Assembly (NCBI GenBank): GCA_045863235.1
Contig: BTUM01000038.1
Coordinates: 9,263 to 73,262 of the forward strand
Origin: Candidatus Xenobia bacterium
GTDB lineage: Bacteria > Vulcanimicrobiota > Xenobia > Xenobiales > QWHO01
DNA length: 64,000 nt
Direction: 5' to 3'
Below, one piece after another: positions 1 to 9,798 of the stretch (the stretch's first letter is position 1; each line of letters begins with the position of its first letter). Position numbers and translations under genes: made by a program. The notes beneath the pieces were generated by a model, which was given only the letters and a program-made list of their open reading frames with translations, did no database searches and was not told the DNA's origin.

Positions 1-3000
1 GAGCTGAAGGACGGGCAGTTCACTGCAGGGCTCGAGCGAGCCGGCGCTGCCCTGAAGAGATTCGAGGCGGGCTCAGAGGGCACGTTCAGCAAGCTGGGGG
101 ACGTCCAGAACCGCCTGAAAGGCATCGACTTCTCGGCCGCGTTCGATGGCGCCGCCGACGCCGGCCGTCAGCTCAGCGAGCTGGCCCGCTCCGGGGCCGG
201 CATCATCGGCGGTTTTCTGCGAGCCTCCAGCGAGGCCGAGAAGTTTCGGATCACGCTGAACAAGCTCGAGGGCGGTTCCGTGGCCGGTGCCGCCGCCTTC
301 GAGAAACTCCAGACCTTCGCTGGAACGACCACTTTCGAGCTGCCGGGCGTGGTCCAGGCCGGCGTGCAACTGCGCACCTACGGGCAGAGCATCGACCGAT
401 TCCTGCCGCTCGCCGGCGACCTGGCCAGCGTGTTCAACCGCGACATCTCGGATGCGGCGCAGGCCCTGGGCAAGGCTCTTGCCGGCAGCCAGGACGGCAT
501 CCAGATTCTCCAGGATTCGTTCGGCATCACGAAGCGGGAACTGGTTGCCGCCGGAGCCACTATGAAGAGCGGGGGTGGCATCGCCGTGGACACGGCCGCC
601 GACCTGGAGAAGCTCGCCAAGGCCATCGAGAAGGTATCCAAGCAGAAAGGCTTCGCTGGAGCGCAGAAGGACCAGCTCAGCAGCCTGGCCGGGCAGTATT
701 CCCAGCTTTCCGACGCCGTGACGAAACTCCAGACCGCCTTCGGGGACGCCCTGGCGCCAACCGTCAAAAATGTGGTTGTGAGTCTCACCGGGCTCCTCAA
801 CAAGTTCAACGAGCTGAGCCCCCGCACGAAGGAGCTGGCCGCGAAAGGCCTGGCCGTGGGAACCGCCCTGGCTGGCATTGGCGGCGCCGCCCTGACCGCT
901 GGAGCTGTCATCGGCCAGGGCGTCATCGGGCTGCAGAAGATGGGCGAGGTGCTGGGCAAGCTTCCCGGCGCTGCCGGCCTGGCCTCCAGGGGGCTTGCTG
1001 CGACGAGGGCCGCCGCCGTGGCCCTGGCTACTCCGCTCGGGGCGGTTATCGCCGTGGTGGCTGGCGTGGCCGTGGCCTTCCACCAGTATACCGAGAGCAT
1101 CAAGGAGAACACCGCTCAGACCGAGGCCTGGTTGAAACTCGCCGAACGGGTCGGGAGCTTTGCGCGCGACGCTGGCCAGCTCTTTGGGAAGACGGCTCAG
1201 GAGATTGTCGCCGCCGGGACCTCCTACGAAGAAGCCACCCGTGCCATGCTGGTGGCCCAGCAGAACCTCGAGCTGGCCCAGAAGGAGTTTGGGGACGGAA
1301 GCGACCAGGCGAAGCGCTGGCAGGCCGAAATCGACAACCTGCGCACCGCGCGCAACGAGATCAACCAGAATCGGGCCGCAACCGAGAAGGCCGCTCAGGC
1401 CGCCAAGAACAGCGCTGATGCCTATGCCGCAGGCGCAGAAGAGCGCAAGAAGGCCGCCCAGGACGCCCTGAAGGGCGAGCTTCACGCCCTGAACACGTCG
1501 AAGAAGAGCGACGAGGAGCGACTGGCTGCCCTGCAGCACCTGGCCGCCCGCTACTCAGAATTGGGCGACGAGCGCAAGTCTCTTGAGCTGGAGATTTTCA
1601 ACCTGCAGCAGAAGGTGGACCAGGCCGCCATCCAGCGAGCACAGGAGCGCCTGGCCCTGGAGAAGCGAGCGATTGACCTGCGACTTGCCGGGCTTCAAGA
1701 CCAGGCGAAAGCCGGTCTAGACGTGGACCGGCAGTCCGCTCAGGCCATCAAGGACCGAGCCCGAGCCGAAGAGGCTGCCATCCGTTCCAGACTCAAGAGC
1801 GACCTGGCCGGCGAGAAGAACCCTGATTCTCGGGCCAACCTGGAGCGAGCCGCTCAACTCGACCTGGCTCAGGCTCGCCAAGAAGAGCAACGAGCGCTCC
1901 AGGCCCTGGAAGCCGAAGGTGCCTCCCGGGCCCTGGCCGCCCTGAAGGAGCAAGCCCAGCTTGATCGCGACCGCCTGAGCATTCAGAAGGACGCCGTTGA
2001 CCAGCGAATCGAGGGCCTGCGCCGCGAGCAGGACATGGGGAGAGATGTTCACGAGGAGCTGAAGGCTGCCATCCTGGAGCGCCAGAAACTGGCCCAGCAG
2101 GCCGCCCAGAAGGCCTTCCAGGTGGAACTGGCCGACGAGAAGGACCCGGGCCGCCGAAGGCAACTGGAGCGGAATTTCGGGCTCGAGCAGAGCAACCAGG
2201 GTGCCGCCGACCGCCGGGAGCTCGAGGACCTCGAGCAGGGTGCCGCCGACGCCGCTCGGGCCCGGGCGCTCGAGCAACTCGACCTGGAGCAGTCCATTAT
2301 CGACCTGCGCGAGAAGGCCCTTCGTGATGACCTCGATGCCGGCAAGAAGGTGGAGGCCGCCCTGAAGCAGGCGATTCTCGACCGCCTGGCTCTGACCGAG
2401 GAAGAGATTCGGGTTCGGGCCGACGCTGCTCGCGCCGCCACCAGCGATTCCCGCGAGCTGGCCCTCATCGAGCAACAGACCCAGGGACTCATCTCTGAAG
2501 CTCGCAGGAACGCGAAGAAGGAGGTTGACTCCATCACTGGCGCCCTAAAAGAGCAGAAGGCCGCCCAGGACGCCCTGGCTGGAGTGGGCGAGATTCAGAG
2601 CTTCGAGCAGTTCCTCCAGGGGCAGGCCGCTCAGTTTGGCATCGAGGCGACCCGGAAGCGCATCGCCGAGCAGAAGGCCGCCAACCGTAGCCTGTCCTTT
2701 TCGGCTCCGCCGCCAACGCCCGAGCTGCCAAAGGGCGAACAGGTGCGCCGCGCCGCCGCCACGCCCGACCCTGGCCGCCTGGAGGCATCGAGGGAGGCAG
2801 CACGTTCTCAGGCTCGAGCTGTCGCCCAGGTTGAGGCACAGGCCCGGGCCGAGCGAGAGAAGCCTGCCGGGTCCTCCGTGGGCCGGGTGGAGGTGCTGGT
2901 GGGCGTGGACCCCGAGAACGGGAAAATCCGAATCGAGGACACCCAAACCGAGGTGACCGCCAACGGCCGCGGCTCGAGCTTCGAGCTGGTGGCTGGAGGC

Positions 3001-3033
3001 CTCTCTCCGCGCGCCAACACCGGGAGCTTCTAG
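1..3033 (+). CDS. Phage tail tape-measure protein (5' partial)
   Basis: Frame 1 is open from base 1 (ELKDGQFTAGLERAG...). Tape-measure N-terminal domain-like segment AFEKLQTFAGTTTFELPGVVQAGVQLRTYG, Ala/Gly-rich hydrophobic stretch, then long E/K/Q/A coiled coil. Confidence 0.85.
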   Translation, partial: ELKDGQFTAGLERAGAALKRFEAGSEGTFSKLGDVQNRLKGIDFSAAFDGAADAGRQLSELARSGAGIIGGFLRASSEAEKFRITLNKLEGGSVAGAAAFEKLQTFAGTTTFELPGVVQAGVQLRTYGQSIDRFLPLAGDLASVFNRDISDAAQALGKALAGSQDGIQILQDSFGITKRELVAAGATMKSGGGIAVDTAADLEKLAKAIEKVSKQKGFAGAQKDQLSSLAGQYSQLSDAVTKLQTAFGDALAPTVKNVVVSLTGLLNKFNELSPRTKELAAKGLAVGTALAGIGGAALTAGAVIGQGVIGLQKMGEVLGKLPGAAGLASRGLAATRAAAVALATPLGAVIAVVAGVAVAFHQYTESIKENTAQTEAWLKLAERVGSFARDAGQLFGKTAQEIVAAGTSYEEATRAMLVAQQNLELAQKEFGDGSDQAKRWQAEIDNLRTARNEINQNRAATEKAAQAAKNSADAYAAGAEERKKAAQDALKGELHALNTSKKSDEERLAALQHLAARYSELGDERKSLELEIFNLQQKVDQAAIQRAQERLALEKRAIDLRLAGLQDQAKAGLDVDRQSAQAIKDRARAEEAAIRSRLKSDLAGEKNPDSRANLERAAQLDLAQARQEEQRALQALEAEGASRALAALKEQAQLDRDRLSIQKDAVDQRIEGLRREQDMGRDVHEELKAAILERQKLAQQAAQKAFQVELADEKDPGRRRQLERNFGLEQSNQGAADRRELEDLEQGAADAARARALEQLDLEQSIIDLREKALRDDLDAGKKVEAALKQAILDRLALTEEEIRVRADAARAATSDSRELALIEQQTQGLISEARRNAKKEVDSITGALKEQKAAQDALAGVGEIQSFEQFLQGQAAQFGIEATRKRIAEQKAANRSLSFSAPPPTPELPKGEQVRRAAATPDPGRLEASREAARSQARAVAQVEAQARAEREKPAGSSVGRVEVLVGVDPENGKIRIEDTQTEVTANGRGSSFELVAGGLSPRANTGSF

Positions 3034-3039
3034 CGTGCT

Positions 3040-3273
3040 GTGATTGAGGTGATCGTTCGCGAGGAGCCCGGTGGCAAGCGCTCAGTGGCAGCCCGCTCGA
3101 GCCGCCCGCTCCGCCCGGCCGAGCGCAGGCTCCTGGAGGACGTGGTGCGAGCGCATCCTGGCCGGCAGGCATGGGACCGTGCAGGTGTCGTCGTCACCGG
3201 ACTATGGGCCCATCCAGCCCGGAAGCTAGTTCGCGACCTGGCCGCCGCTCTGGGGCTGGAGCTGCCGGCCTGA
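3040..3273 (+). CDS. Small hypothetical phage protein (77 aa)
   Basis: GTG start 6 nt after the tape-measure stop, same strand; no recognisable family. Confidence 0.5.
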   Translation: MIEVIVREEPGGKRSVAARSSRPLRPAERRLLEDVVRAHPGRQAWDRAGVVVTGLWAHPARKLVRDLAAALGLELPA

Positions 3274-3301
3274 AGGTTCCCGCCCAGCAGCTCGAGCCTC
3301 G

Positions 3302-3321
3302 TTTGACACTTTTGTGTCAAA
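3302..3321. promoter_or_regulatory. Perfect inverted repeat TTTGACAC-tttt-GTGTCAAA, candidate operator containing a TTGACA -35 hexamer on each strand
   Basis: AT-rich 8-bp palindromic arms in the intergenic gap upstream of the ORF-integrase unit. Confidence 0.55.
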
Positions 3322-3494
3322 GGAACCGCCCTGGCAGGCCAAGAAAAACGCCGGACGCCCGACATGAAAACGGGCCCCCTGGCCGATCCCCCGCTAAGAG
3401 AACCCGACCAGGAAGCCACGCCGTGCCGTTCCGTGCATGTGCTTTGCTTTCCTTTCTGTCGCTGGTTTGCCGGCCAGGGCGAAAGGAGAGAATC

Positions 3495-3971
3495 ATGACC
3501 GTTACACCCCTCCCGCTCAGGCCGATTCCTCACCGCGATCCCCGCGTGGCTGCCGCCTACCATCGCATGCTCGAGCTCCTGGCCGGCTCGAGCTATGAGA
3601 CTCATCCCGCCGTGCGGGAGGCTCGCCGGCTCGCAAGCCACCAGGCAGGTGACTCCTGGGAGTGTGCTCTCCGCTGGCCGCTCCCGGATTGCGCCCTGGA
3701 GGACCCGGACCGAGGCGTCCATGGCGAGCTGCTCACCCTGCTGGCCGACCCGCCGGACCTCGAGGCGCTCGAGCGCCATTTCCCTGACTGGCCGAACCGG
3801 TGGGAGGGGCTGCAGCAACGCGACCAGGGCATGAGGCTCGCCCGAGCCCTGGCTGAGTATGTCCGGCTGACCGAGCGGATCCGCCCGTCCGCTCCCGACC
3901 GGCTGCCGCTGACCCTGGCCCGCCGCCTGGAAGCCGCCATCCTGGCAGAGGTGGAGGAGGTGCTGCCATGA
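3495..3971 (+). CDS. Hypothetical protein translationally coupled to the integrase
   Basis: AAGGAG RBS before ATG 3495; stop overlaps the integrase start (ATGA). Confidence 0.65.
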   Translation: MTVTPLPLRPIPHRDPRVAAAYHRMLELLAGSSYETHPAVREARRLASHQAGDSWECALRWPLPDCALEDPDRGVHGELLTLLADPPDLEALERHFPDWPNRWEGLQQRDQGMRLARALAEYVRLTERIRPSAPDRLPLTLARRLEAAILAEVEEVLP

Positions 3972-4876
3972 GCGAGGCCCTGCGGGATGCGATCCACCGC
4001 TACCAGGCCCAGAGCGCGCCCAGCAAGCTCCAGACCGCCAGCAAGGGGAAGGCTTACCGAGTCCATGCCGCCTATTGGTCCGGGCTTTGGGGTTCCCGCC
4101 CCGTGGCCGAGATCAAGCCGTCTGACATCCGGGCCTGGCAGGCCGAGCTGCTCCGGGCCGGCACCCTGAAGCCTGCCACAATCTACGCCCGGCAAGCCTT
4201 CTTGTCGAGCGTTTTCGAGCTGCTGAGGGCCGAGGAGGTTCTGCAGGCCAACCCCTGCCGCGCCGCCGGTTGGGTCCGGGTGAGAAACGGCAAAACCAGG
4301 GTGCTGACCGAGGACGAAGAGGCTCGCTTGCTGGCTGCCCTGCACCCTGATACCGCCGCGTTCGTCCGCTTCCTGTTGAACACCGGCTTGCGAGCCGGCG
4401 AGGGCCTGGCCCTGGAGTGGGGCGACATCCACGAGAACCGCGCCTGGATTCGGCCACAGAAGACCCCAAGCGGCAGGCACCTCCCCCTGAACGAGACCGC
4501 CCTGGGAATCCTGGCCCAACGCCGCCACCTGGAGCGCCCTTGGCCTGACGCCTATGTGCTCGTTTCCGGGCGTGTGAGCCGTGCCTGCGCAAAGCTCGGG
4601 CTCGAGGGCGTAACCCTGCATACGGCCCGGCATACCTTCGCGACCCGGCTCCTGCGCTCGGGCGCGAGCCTGCTGCACGTCAAGCGCTGCCTCGGTCACA
4701 GCGACTGGAGTATGACCGAGCGGTATTCCCACCTGTTGCTCGATGACCTCCAGGAAGCCGTGGGCCGGCTCGATGGGCGCTCGGCCCCGGAGGCCCCGGA
4801 GGCCCCCGACCTGGCCGCCCTGGTGGCTCAGCTCTCGGCTCAGGTGGCTGCCCTGACCGCCCGGCTACCAGCGTAA
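3968..4876 (+). CDS. Tyrosine recombinase / phage integrase
   Basis: Catalytic motifs TGLRAGE (R), HTARH (HxxR), LGH and TERY (Y); adjacent to tRNA. Confidence 0.95.
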   Translation: MSEALRDAIHRYQAQSAPSKLQTASKGKAYRVHAAYWSGLWGSRPVAEIKPSDIRAWQAELLRAGTLKPATIYARQAFLSSVFELLRAEEVLQANPCRAAGWVRVRNGKTRVLTEDEEARLLAALHPDTAAFVRFLLNTGLRAGEGLALEWGDIHENRAWIRPQKTPSGRHLPLNETALGILAQRRHLERPWPDAYVLVSGRVSRACAKLGLEGVTLHTARHTFATRLLRSGASLLHVKRCLGHSDWSMTERYSHLLLDDLQEAVGRLDGRSAPEAPEAPDLAALVAQLSAQVAALTARLPA

Positions 4877-4964
4877 ACCGCACGGTTAAGCCATTCTTGG
4901 CCTATGGCCGCAAATGGGCCGCAAAACCTACTTTGCACGGCAAAGAATCGAACAGGAGCCAACG

Positions 4965-4990
4965 AAAAAAGCCCACCGTAGCGGGCTTTC
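4965..4990 (-). terminator. Rho-independent terminator downstream of tRNA-Thr
   Basis: Minus strand reads GAAAGCCCGC-TACG-GTGGGCTTTTTT. Confidence 0.75.
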
Positions 4991-4994
4991 AACC

Positions 4995-5069
4995 TGGAGC
5001 CGGGGAGGCGATTCGAACGCCCGACCTGCTCATTACGAGTGAGCTGCTCTACCCCTGAGCTACCCCGGC
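4995..5069 (-). tRNA. tRNA-Thr(CGT)
   Basis: Reverse complement GCCGGGGTAGCTCAGGGGTAGAGCAGCTCACTCGTAATGAGCAGGTCGGGCGTTCGAATCGCCTCCCCGGCTCCA: cloverleaf, anticodon CGT, TTCGA loop, encoded CCA. Confidence 0.97.
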
Positions 5070-5098
5070 GGAACCTGGCAATTATAGTGCCTGCCCGT

Positions 5099-5584
5099 CT
5101 ACCGGTCAATACGGGCGGGCTCGCAGGTGACCGGCCCCTGCACGCGTCCCTGTAACGTGACCGGCTGGCCGTTGAGCAGGCCGCTGCCGTTGATCCGCGC
5201 TTGCAGGGCTCCTCCGCCCGCCTGCTCCACGACCAGGGTGGCTCGGACGACCTTGAGCCGGGTCATGCCGGAATCGGGGATCAGCTCATTGCGGTAGGGC
5301 GCGGGGGTGGGCGCGTTGAGGAACAACCTCTGGCCGGACAGGGCTTCCAGGCTCTTGAGCTCGGGCGGGACGGGGAAGGTGAGGTAGGCGGCCGGTCCGA
5401 CCGAGTCGCCGCTGCAAGCTTCGTAGTGCAGGTCGAGCTCACCCGGCTTGAGGGTCAAGCGCACCTTGTCGGCTTGCATCTTGAACCGGGCGAAGGAGAA
5501 CTCGGCCTGGCCGGTCCCCCGGGCGTGGGAGCCCAGCAGGAGCGCCGTGACAAGAATCAGCACCCACGGGCCTGGCAGCCTCAA
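5099..5584 (-). CDS. Hypothetical exported protein
   Basis: Probable TTG start overlapping the upstream stop; signal-like WVLILVTALLLGSHARG; start uncertain. Confidence 0.6.
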   Translation of the reverse strand: MRLPGPWVLILVTALLLGSHARGTGQAEFSFARFKMQADKVRLTLKPGELDLHYEACSGDSVGPAAYLTFPVPPELKSLEALSGQRLFLNAPTPAPYRNELIPDSGMTRLKVVRATLVVEQAGGGALQARINGSGLLNGQPVTLQGRVQGPVTCEPARIDR

Positions 5585-7269
5585 TGGCTTTGCACCGGCG
5601 CCGACTGCTCCTCGAACGAGCCGCCCGAGCCCGAGCGGGTGAAGTTGCCCACGCGCTCGGACTCGAGCAGGTAGCCGGCCGAGCCGTTGCGGGCGTAAGT
5701 AAACTCCAAGCTCGGCGGGCGGACGGGGCGGGGGAGGCCGCCCAGGTTGGCGGGGTAGCGGCCGTGGGCCTGGTGGTAGGCGTCCAGGGCCAGCACGGTC
5801 TTGAGGAAGGCGAGGCGGTGCTGGAGGCGCGCCCAGTTCCTGACGACTATCGGCCATGAGGTGGCGGCGAAGACGTGGGCGGGGCGGGTGAGCTCGGGTA
5901 GCCGGGCGGGGGCGCCGCAGCGGGCCAGCACGGGGCGAAAGGCGCGATACTGCTGGCCCAGCAGCTCGCGCTCGGCTTCCCAGTCGCTCACCTTCATCCC
6001 CTCGAAGAGCTCTTTCAGGCTCTCGGGCAGCTTGCCGTCCCGGGCGGCCCTGAAGTAGGCGCGATCCCAGAAGGCCCATTCGAAGTCGGCGGCCAGCAGC
6101 AGGTTCTCGGGAGGGAAGAGCTTGCCGACCCGGGCCAGCATCCGGGCAGAGTCGGGGGCGGGGCGGGCGGCCAGCTCACCGAGCAGGGCCTTGATGGAGT
6201 CGCCGGCCAGGGTGGCGGCCACCATGTCGAGCACGACGGGGCGTCGGCCCGAGAGGCGGGCGGACATCTCCAGACCCAGCATGATCAGCTCGCTATCGTG
6301 GGTGTTGCGGCCGTAGACGATGAGGCTGCGGTTCAGGTTGCGGATGGCCACCAGGTTGGGCACCGGATCCTCCCAGCCGGGCTCGGCTCCGATGGGATAG
6401 GCGAGGGCCGGCTTGCTCAGGGCGGCGCGGAGTCCCGGCAGCAGGGCGGCGAAGGCGGAGAGGTCCTCCGCTTTGGGAGGAGACTCGAAATTCTTGCCCA
6501 GCGCCAGATACGGGGCGGCCTTCTCCTCCACGAACAGGTCCTTGGTGCCGATCACTTCAACCAGGTCGAGGTAGCCGTTCTCGGCCTCGGGGGCCTGGTT
6601 GCGGCGGCGGCAATCGGCCAGCACGGCCTCGACGCTGGCCAGCTCGGCGGGGGAGGGCTCCTTCAGCACGCCCCGGCCGGAGGAGATGCCCAGGGCCTGA
6701 TGGCTGCCCTCCTCACAGAGCAGGGTGTAGGCATCCGGCCCCTGAGACAGGGCGTAGACATCGCTGTACGTGTCGCGGTTGGCCACGGGGCAGGCCGGGA
6801 CGGGCGTGGTGAGCTCGCTGAGCTGGGCGGGATAGGCCCCCTCGTGCTCGGTGGAGTAGAGCTCGAGGGCCACCATGAGGTTGGACATGTTCTCCAGGCA
6901 GAGCCGATCGCTGCCGGTGTAAAGAGCCCGGAAGTCGCAGGTGATCTCCCCGGCCACGTAGCTCGGCGTATCCTCTCCCTGACCGGGGTGGTGGGCGCCC
7001 TTGCAGGAGAGAAGGTAGTCGGGAGCGGCCGGATCGCTGGGACCGATGTACCCGGCCGAGTAGGTATCGCTGCCAGCGGCGGGACAGGAGGGCAGGCTCA
7101 TTCCCAGCTCCGTGAGGCTGGCCGGATAGCTGCCGGTGCGGGCAAAGTGGGCCTCCAGGGCATCGCCCAGCGTGTTCAGGTTGACGATGCAGCCCTTCAG
7201 GTCGGCTACCGGGTCAGCCAGGGCCGGACTGCACAGGATGATGATCAGGACGAGCAGGAAACGGTGCAC
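5581..7269 (-). CDS. Secreted protein with repeated GspG/pseudopilin-like modules
   Basis: Sec-type signal; two copies of C..N..L..ALE....G.YP..L.EL...P.CP.A..DTYS..Y...Y.L.C and a third ALDAYHQAHGRYPANL module. Confidence 0.7.
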   Translation of the reverse strand: MHRFLLVLIIILCSPALADPVADLKGCIVNLNTLGDALEAHFARTGSYPASLTELGMSLPSCPAAGSDTYSAGYIGPSDPAAPDYLLSCKGAHHPGQGEDTPSYVAGEITCDFRALYTGSDRLCLENMSNLMVALELYSTEHEGAYPAQLSELTTPVPACPVANRDTYSDVYALSQGPDAYTLLCEEGSHQALGISSGRGVLKEPSPAELASVEAVLADCRRRNQAPEAENGYLDLVEVIGTKDLFVEEKAAPYLALGKNFESPPKAEDLSAFAALLPGLRAALSKPALAYPIGAEPGWEDPVPNLVAIRNLNRSLIVYGRNTHDSELIMLGLEMSARLSGRRPVVLDMVAATLAGDSIKALLGELAARPAPDSARMLARVGKLFPPENLLLAADFEWAFWDRAYFRAARDGKLPESLKELFEGMKVSDWEAERELLGQQYRAFRPVLARCGAPARLPELTRPAHVFAATSWPIVVRNWARLQHRLAFLKTVLALDAYHQAHGRYPANLGGLPRPVRPPSLEFTYARNGSAGYLLESERVGNFTRSGSGGSFEEQSAPVQSH

Positions 7270-7344
7270 GATGGACCCTCCCAGGAGACCGGGCTTTCGC
7301 TTGCAGAAAGGGTGTCTCCTGGCCTGAGGCAGAACTTGGCTGGG

Positions 7345-8100
7345 ATGGAGTACACCGGCCGTCCCGATCTCTACGACCTGCGCCACTTCGCCGAATTGAT
7401 GCCGGGCGAGTTCGACTTTTTCGAGCGGCTCGCCACCCAGGGCACCGGCCCGGTGGTGGAGCTGGGCTTCGGGAGCGGCCGCGTCGGCCTGGAGCTGGCC
7501 CGCTGCGGCCACGAGGTCATCGGGGTGGATCGCTCCGAGGCCATGCTCGAGCAGGCCCGCGAGCGCCTGAAGGGGGAGCGGCCCGAGACCAGGGAGCGGG
7601 TGCGGCTGGTCCAGGCCTCCATGACCGATTTCGAGCTGGACTTCAAGAGCCATCTGATCTACGTGCCCTTCAGCGCGTTTCTCCACCTCAGGACGCAGGC
7701 CGAGCAGAGGGCCTGTCTGCGCCAGGTGCGCAAGCATCTCAAGGGCTTCTTTGCGGGCAGCTTCTTTCGTCCCGACCCCGCCCGGCTTGCCAGGACGCCC
7801 TATGAGCACGTCGACTTCGTGCGCACCGCCCAGACCGGCCAGCGGGTGGTGCAGTCGAGCTACACCCTCGAGTGCGACCTGCATGAGCAGACCCGCACGG
7901 TCTTGATGCGCACCGAGGTCTTCTCACCCGAGGGCGATCTGCTCGAGAACGTGCTCCACGACTGCGAGATCGCCTGGATCTACGGGCGCGAGTGGCGCCT
8001 GCTGCTCGAGCTCGAAGGCTTCAAGCTCGAGCTGCTGGAGGGGGGCTTTCAGGGTGAGCCGGTGGCCGACAGCTGGACCTACGTCTGGGTCGCCTCGTAA
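7345..8100 (+). CDS. Class I SAM-dependent methyltransferase
   Basis: Motif I VVELGFGSGRV, VIGVDRSEAMLEQAR, ASMTDF. Confidence 0.9.
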   Translation: MEYTGRPDLYDLRHFAELMPGEFDFFERLATQGTGPVVELGFGSGRVGLELARCGHEVIGVDRSEAMLEQARERLKGERPETRERVRLVQASMTDFELDFKSHLIYVPFSAFLHLRTQAEQRACLRQVRKHLKGFFAGSFFRPDPARLARTPYEHVDFVRTAQTGQRVVQSSYTLECDLHEQTRTVLMRTEVFSPEGDLLENVLHDCEIAWIYGREWRLLLELEGFKLELLEGGFQGEPVADSWTYVWVAS

Positions 8101-8151
8101 GTTCACACCCTCGAAACAAGCTCGACCCCCCGCCCGGCTAGATTAGGGGTT

Positions 8152-9726
8152 ATGAGCGAGCAGGAATCCTCCAACAACCAACTTGACGTCAAGCAACTCG
8201 GCCTGGTGGCCGCCATCATCAGCCTGGGCTATGTGTTCTGGGTGGTGGGCGCGATGGAGATGGTGGAGCGGCTCGCCTTCTACGGGGTGCGCTCGGTGGC
8301 CACCCTCTACGGCAAGGACCCGGTCTCGAGAGGGGGATTGGGGATCACGCCCTCGGAGATGGGCACCATCTTCTTCTGGTGGATGCTCTTCCAGAGCTGG
8401 GTGCCTATCTTCACCGGCGGCCTGGCCGACCGGTACGGCTACAAGCAGGCCATCGCCCTCTCGACGGTCCTCAAGATCGTGGGCTACCTGATCATGGCCG
8501 CTTTTTCGACCTACTGGGGATTTTTCGCGGGTGCCATCTTCCTGGCTATGGGCACGGCCATCTTCAAGCCCGGTATTCAGGGCACGCTGGTCAAGTGCAC
8601 GAATCGGCAAAATAGCTCCATGGCCTGGGGTATCTTCTATCAGACGGTGAACATCGGGGCTTTCATCGGGCCCCTGCTGGCCGGTTACATGCGCAAGATG
8701 GAGTGGCGCTACGTGTTTCTGGCCTGCGCCGGCATCATCTGTCTCAACTTTTTGCTGCTTTTGACCTACCGCGAGCCGGGCATCGAAGAGCGCAAGAAGC
8801 GCCAGGCCGATCGCGAGGCCAGCGGCGTCAAGCAGCGCCCGATGCTGGAAGAGACCCTGATCGAGTTGACCAAGCCCCACCTGGCCCTGTTCGTGGGCAT
8901 CTTCGCGGGCTTCTACTTCATGTTCTATAGCCTCTTCGACGTGCTGCCCAACTACATCGACGATTGGGTCAACACTTCCGACATCGTGCAGAGCGCCGGC
9001 AGCCTGGTCCACCAGCCCGGCTCGAGCGAGGCTCCCACCCTGCTCCAGAAGATCGTGGGCTTTGTGATGGTGCTCGACAAGACCGGCACCCGCATTCAGG
9101 CCGAGGGCCTGATGAACGTCAACGCCGGAATGATCATGCTGACCTGTTTCCTGTTCGGCTACTTTTCCTCGCGGGTGCGCATCACGACCAGCATCTGGAT
9201 CGGCACCGCCATGGCCACCATGGGTCTGTTCATCTGCGGCTATTCGACCATGGGCTGGACCTGTTTCTTCGGCATCATCTGCTTCTCGATGGGCGAGATG
9301 CTCTCGTCACCCAAGTTCGGCGAGTTCGTAGGCAACCTGGCCCCCGAGGACAAGAAGGGCACCTACCTCGGCCTGTGCCAGCTCGCGCCCGGCATCGGAG
9401 CCACCATCGAGGGCAAGCTGGGCCTCTACCTCTACGGGATCTACGCCTCCAAGGAGAGGTTCTCGCGCGAGCTGCTGGCCGACAAGGGGATGTCCGCCGA
9501 CACGATCACGGCCATCCCCGAGGGGGAGGCCTTCGACAAGCTGGTGCAGTTTCTCGGCCAGACTCCCGAGCAGGTGACCGCTCTGTTGTGGGACATCCAC
9601 AGCCCCGAGAAGCTGTGGTGGATCATGGGCTCGGTGGGCATCCTGACCACGGTGGGGCTGGTCTGGTACGGCAGCTGGGTCTACCGATATCTGGCCCGCC
9701 GCCGAGCCAGCGGCATCGAGGACTGA
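8152..9726 (+). CDS. MFS transporter (POT/peptide-H+ symporter-like)
   Basis: EMVERLAFYG (ExxERxxYY-like), GGLADRYGYK, FYQTVNIG, many TM helices. Confidence 0.88.
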   Translation: MSEQESSNNQLDVKQLGLVAAIISLGYVFWVVGAMEMVERLAFYGVRSVATLYGKDPVSRGGLGITPSEMGTIFFWWMLFQSWVPIFTGGLADRYGYKQAIALSTVLKIVGYLIMAAFSTYWGFFAGAIFLAMGTAIFKPGIQGTLVKCTNRQNSSMAWGIFYQTVNIGAFIGPLLAGYMRKMEWRYVFLACAGIICLNFLLLLTYREPGIEERKKRQADREASGVKQRPMLEETLIELTKPHLALFVGIFAGFYFMFYSLFDVLPNYIDDWVNTSDIVQSAGSLVHQPGSSEAPTLLQKIVGFVMVLDKTGTRIQAEGLMNVNAGMIMLTCFLFGYFSSRVRITTSIWIGTAMATMGLFICGYSTMGWTCFFGIICFSMGEMLSSPKFGEFVGNLAPEDKKGTYLGLCQLAPGIGATIEGKLGLYLYGIYASKERFSRELLADKGMSADTITAIPEGEAFDKLVQFLGQTPEQVTALLWDIHSPEKLWWIMGSVGILTTVGLVWYGSWVYRYLARRRASGIED

Positions 9727-9798
9727 CCCGACAGGGGGAACCCTTTCCATCCAGAACCGGTCTTGAGCTGGGGGCCAAGCCCCGGAGAGGACCGATTC

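Larger units (their letters stand above)
1..4994. mobile_element. Right end of a prophage-like element integrated at tRNA-Thr (extends beyond window start)
   Basis: Tape-measure gene, small hypothetical ORFs and a tyrosine integrase ending ~120 nt from the 3' CCA end of a tRNA gene. Confidence 0.8.
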
